From IMG/VR virus record IMGVR_UViG_2909288124_000007, positions 1-37,727 of that record: 37,727 nucleotides of DNA. One strand, given 5' to 3'. Both the position numbers and the translations under genes were made by a program. The stretch comes from a virus. Lineage: Duplodnaviria > Heunggongvirae > Uroviricota > Caudoviricetes. Positions 35,970 to 37,727 of this stretch are shown here, piece after piece. Under the pieces are notes generated by a model that made no database searches, was not told the origin of the DNA, and was given only the letters and a program-made list of their open reading frames with translations. Every line of letters starts with the position of its first letter. The stretch's first letter is position 1.

Positions 35970-36571
35970 TGAATAAAGCCGTATTAAATAACGAACTCAT
36001 TGCCATAAAAGCGGGAGTCATTACCATTTATAATTATGATGGTGAAACGCGGGAATATATTTCCACATCAACTGAATGTCTTGCGGTTGGCGTCGGTATC
36101 CCGGCATGTTCTTGTTTAGATGCACCAGTTACACATAAAGCTGGTTATGCAATCTGCCGTTCTGCAGATTTTAACTCATGGGAATATGTGCCAGACCATC
36201 GCGGTGAAATCATCTATAGCACCGAAACAGGAGAATCGAAAGAAATCACAGCTCCGGGTGATTATCCTGAAAATACAACCACTATCGCCCCGTTAACGCC
36301 ATACGATAAATGGGATGGTGAGAAATGGGTGACGGATACCGAGGCACAGCATAGCGCCGCAGTAGAAGCGGCAGAAGCACAGCGCCAGTCGCTGATTGAT
36401 GCTGCAATGGCTTCCATCAGTCTGATTCAACTGAAATTACAGGCCGGGCGGAAGCTGACGCAGCCAGAAAACACCCGACTTAACGCTGTGCTGGATTATA
36501 TTGACGCGGTGACGGCAACAGATACCAGCACAGCGCCGGACGTCATCTGGCCTGAACTGCCGGAGGCGTAG
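35969..36571 (+). CDS. tail fibre assembly protein (Tfa/U-like)
   Basis: 200-aa ORF immediately after the tail fibre gene; conserved C-terminal segment shared with the inverted Tfa' gene (…VDTSGAPDIEWP… / …TDTSTAPDVIWPELP…). Confidence 0.75.
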   Translation: MNKAVLNNELIAIKAGVITIYNYDGETREYISTSTECLAVGVGIPACSCLDAPVTHKAGYAICRSADFNSWEYVPDHRGEIIYSTETGESKEITAPGDYPENTTTIAPLTPYDKWDGEKWVTDTEAQHSAAVEAAEAQRQSLIDAAMASISLIQLKLQAGRKLTQPENTRLNAVLDYIDAVTATDTSTAPDVIWPELPEA

Positions 36572-36983
36572 GCCATTCAATATCTGGCGCACCGGAAGTA
36601 TCGACCAGCTCCAGTGCGTCCAGATAATCCAGCCACAAATTATATTGCGCCAGTTCCTCACCTTTCAGGCGACCAATCGCCGCTTTACCAGGCCATTGCT
36701 TACTGTTTATGTATTCGTTGACCTGATTAATCAATTGCTGCTTTTCCAGTTCGGCTGCGGCAATTTGTTCCTCATGAGTTGGCGGTGGAATATCAATCCA
36801 TGCAGGCATTCCGTCGATGACACCTCTGTATTTTCCTTCTGGTGCTTCCTTCATAAATTCGGCGGCAACAGTGTCGTCAATTTCGATTCCATCACCGGGC
36901 CATTCGCCGGATTCCTGATAAGCGATTTTAAGCTCCACAGGGAAAAACGCATTTTTATCGGCACTGAAAATATATTTCTGCAT
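36543..36983 (-). CDS. alternative tail fibre assembly protein (Tfa') inside the invertible segment
   Basis: 146-aa minus-strand ORF, convergent with Tfa and sharing its C-terminal motif. Confidence 0.7.
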   Translation of the reverse strand: MQKYIFSADKNAFFPVELKIAYQESGEWPGDGIEIDDTVAAEFMKEAPEGKYRGVIDGMPAWIDIPPPTHEEQIAAAELEKQQLINQVNEYINSKQWPGKAAIGRLKGEELAQYNLWLDYLDALELVDTSGAPDIEWPTPPAVQAR

Positions 36984-36984
36984 T

Positions 36985-37383
36985 TCACCGTCCTATCGAA
37001 ATATAACTGAATCTGTATTGCTGTGAGATATCACTGGTTGCCACACGCCACGCTGAATTACTGATATGTTCAAAATTTACAGACAAAACTTGCGGGGCAG
37101 GATTCGACGGGTCTGACTGAACGGCATCAGACATAACACTGACTGAAACCATCGGCTGATTAGGGAATGGTATAGGGAAGTGTCCACTGATAAAGCGGGT
37201 CGTGTTTCCTGAAAAAGTGCCAAACTGAACAATATATCCACCTGGTAGCCTGAACCATCCCGAACCAGAAGCGAATGCTCCCATATCCGGTATCTGATTA
37301 TCTCCTGTGCCCACATCCCTTTTCGCCGCTTCTCCCAAACCAACGTTTATGAAAATGCAGAAATAACGAGCAAATGGCATCAT
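36985..37383 (-). CDS. alternative tail fibre C-terminal variable segment (Sv'), promoterless in current orientation
   Basis: Minus-strand ORF whose 5' portion (…NVGLGEAAKR…) mirrors the crossover region of the expressed fibre (…[11 protein letters not shown]…); would fuse to the constant fibre N-terminus after inversion. Confidence 0.65.
   Translation of the reverse strand: MMPFARYFCIFINVGLGEAAKRDVGTGDNQIPDMGAFASGSGWFRLPGGYIVQFGTFSGNTTRFISGHFPIPFPNQPMVSVSVMSDAVQSDPSNPAPQVLSVNFEHISNSAWRVATSDISQQYRFSYISIGR
37329..37355. repeat. right crossover site of the invertible segment
   Basis: CTTCTCCCAAACCAACGTTTATGAAAA; first 15 nt are the exact reverse complement of the left site. Confidence 0.75.
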
Positions 37384-37409
37384 TCCTGCTTTTGTCAGGG
37401 AGATCTACC

Positions 37410-37727
37410 ATGCTTATTGGCTATGTACGTGTGTCAACAAATGACCAGAACACAGATCTACAACGTAATGCGCTGAACTGTGCAGGATGCGAGCTGATTT
37501 TTGAAGACAAGATAAGCGGTACAAAGTCCGAAAGGCCGGGACTGAAAAAACTGCTCAGGACATTATCGGCAGGTGACACGCTGATTATCTGGAAACTGGA
37601 CTGGCTGGGATTATATAAAACCGCAGACACGTCGTATGCAAGAACGCGCTGCGGTTGGCTGGTAAAATTTTCGATAGTGCGAGTATTGAATGATTTCCAG
37701 CCGTTACAGATTTTACGTGCTAATTAG
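37410..37727 (+). CDS. serine recombinase, Pin/Gin/Hin-type DNA invertase; frame ends prematurely after a divergent tail (possibly truncated)
   Basis: MLIGYVRVSTNDQNTDLQRNALNCAGCELIFEDKISGTKSERPGLKKLLRTLSAGDTLIIWKLD… matches the invertase catalytic domain (Ser in VRVSTNDQ); after …WKLDWLG the sequence diverges and stops at 37725-37727, only about 106 aa from the start. Confidence 0.7.
   Translation: MLIGYVRVSTNDQNTDLQRNALNCAGCELIFEDKISGTKSERPGLKKLLRTLSAGDTLIIWKLDWLGLYKTADTSYARTRCGWLVKFSIVRVLNDFQPLQILRAN

Noticed and set aside
1-37727. tRNA, rRNA or transposase/IS element
   Set aside because: No cloverleaf-like or rRNA-like sequence and no transposase-like ORF were recognised by eye; the integration target is a protein-coding gene rather than a tRNA. 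A dedicated tRNA scan was not possible.

Overview
The window is the left ~37.7 kb of a lambdoid, e14-like prophage, read left to right from its host junction to the tail-fibre inversion switch. It starts inside the 5' end of a prfC-like gene (first 22 codons, then divergence), followed by a tyrosine integrase. Next comes a markedly AT-rich single-gene cargo (417 aa, no family recognised), which is my best candidate for an undescribed system. A leftward early operon follows (AlpA-like Xis, PAPS-reductase-like, HD phosphohydrolase, YfdQ/YfdP-like), then a cI/cro immunity switch with palindromic operators. The rightward early region carries a replication initiator with internal iteron-like repeats, a PerC-like regulator, Dam-type methyltransferase, a LexA-DNA-binding-domain-only protein, RusA, KilA-N, DUF968-like and Q-like genes. 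The late region has a lysis cassette (two holin-like proteins, GH19-type endolysin, overlapped Rz/Rz1), a GrlR-like moron, HNH/TerS/TerL, an HK97-type head module and a Mu-type contractile tail with baseplate. It ends with a tail fibre, an invertible host-range segment and a Pin-type invertase whose frame terminates early. No rRNA, tRNA, CRISPR array or transposase was recognised. All family assignments come from reading the translations and from memory; no database search was run.
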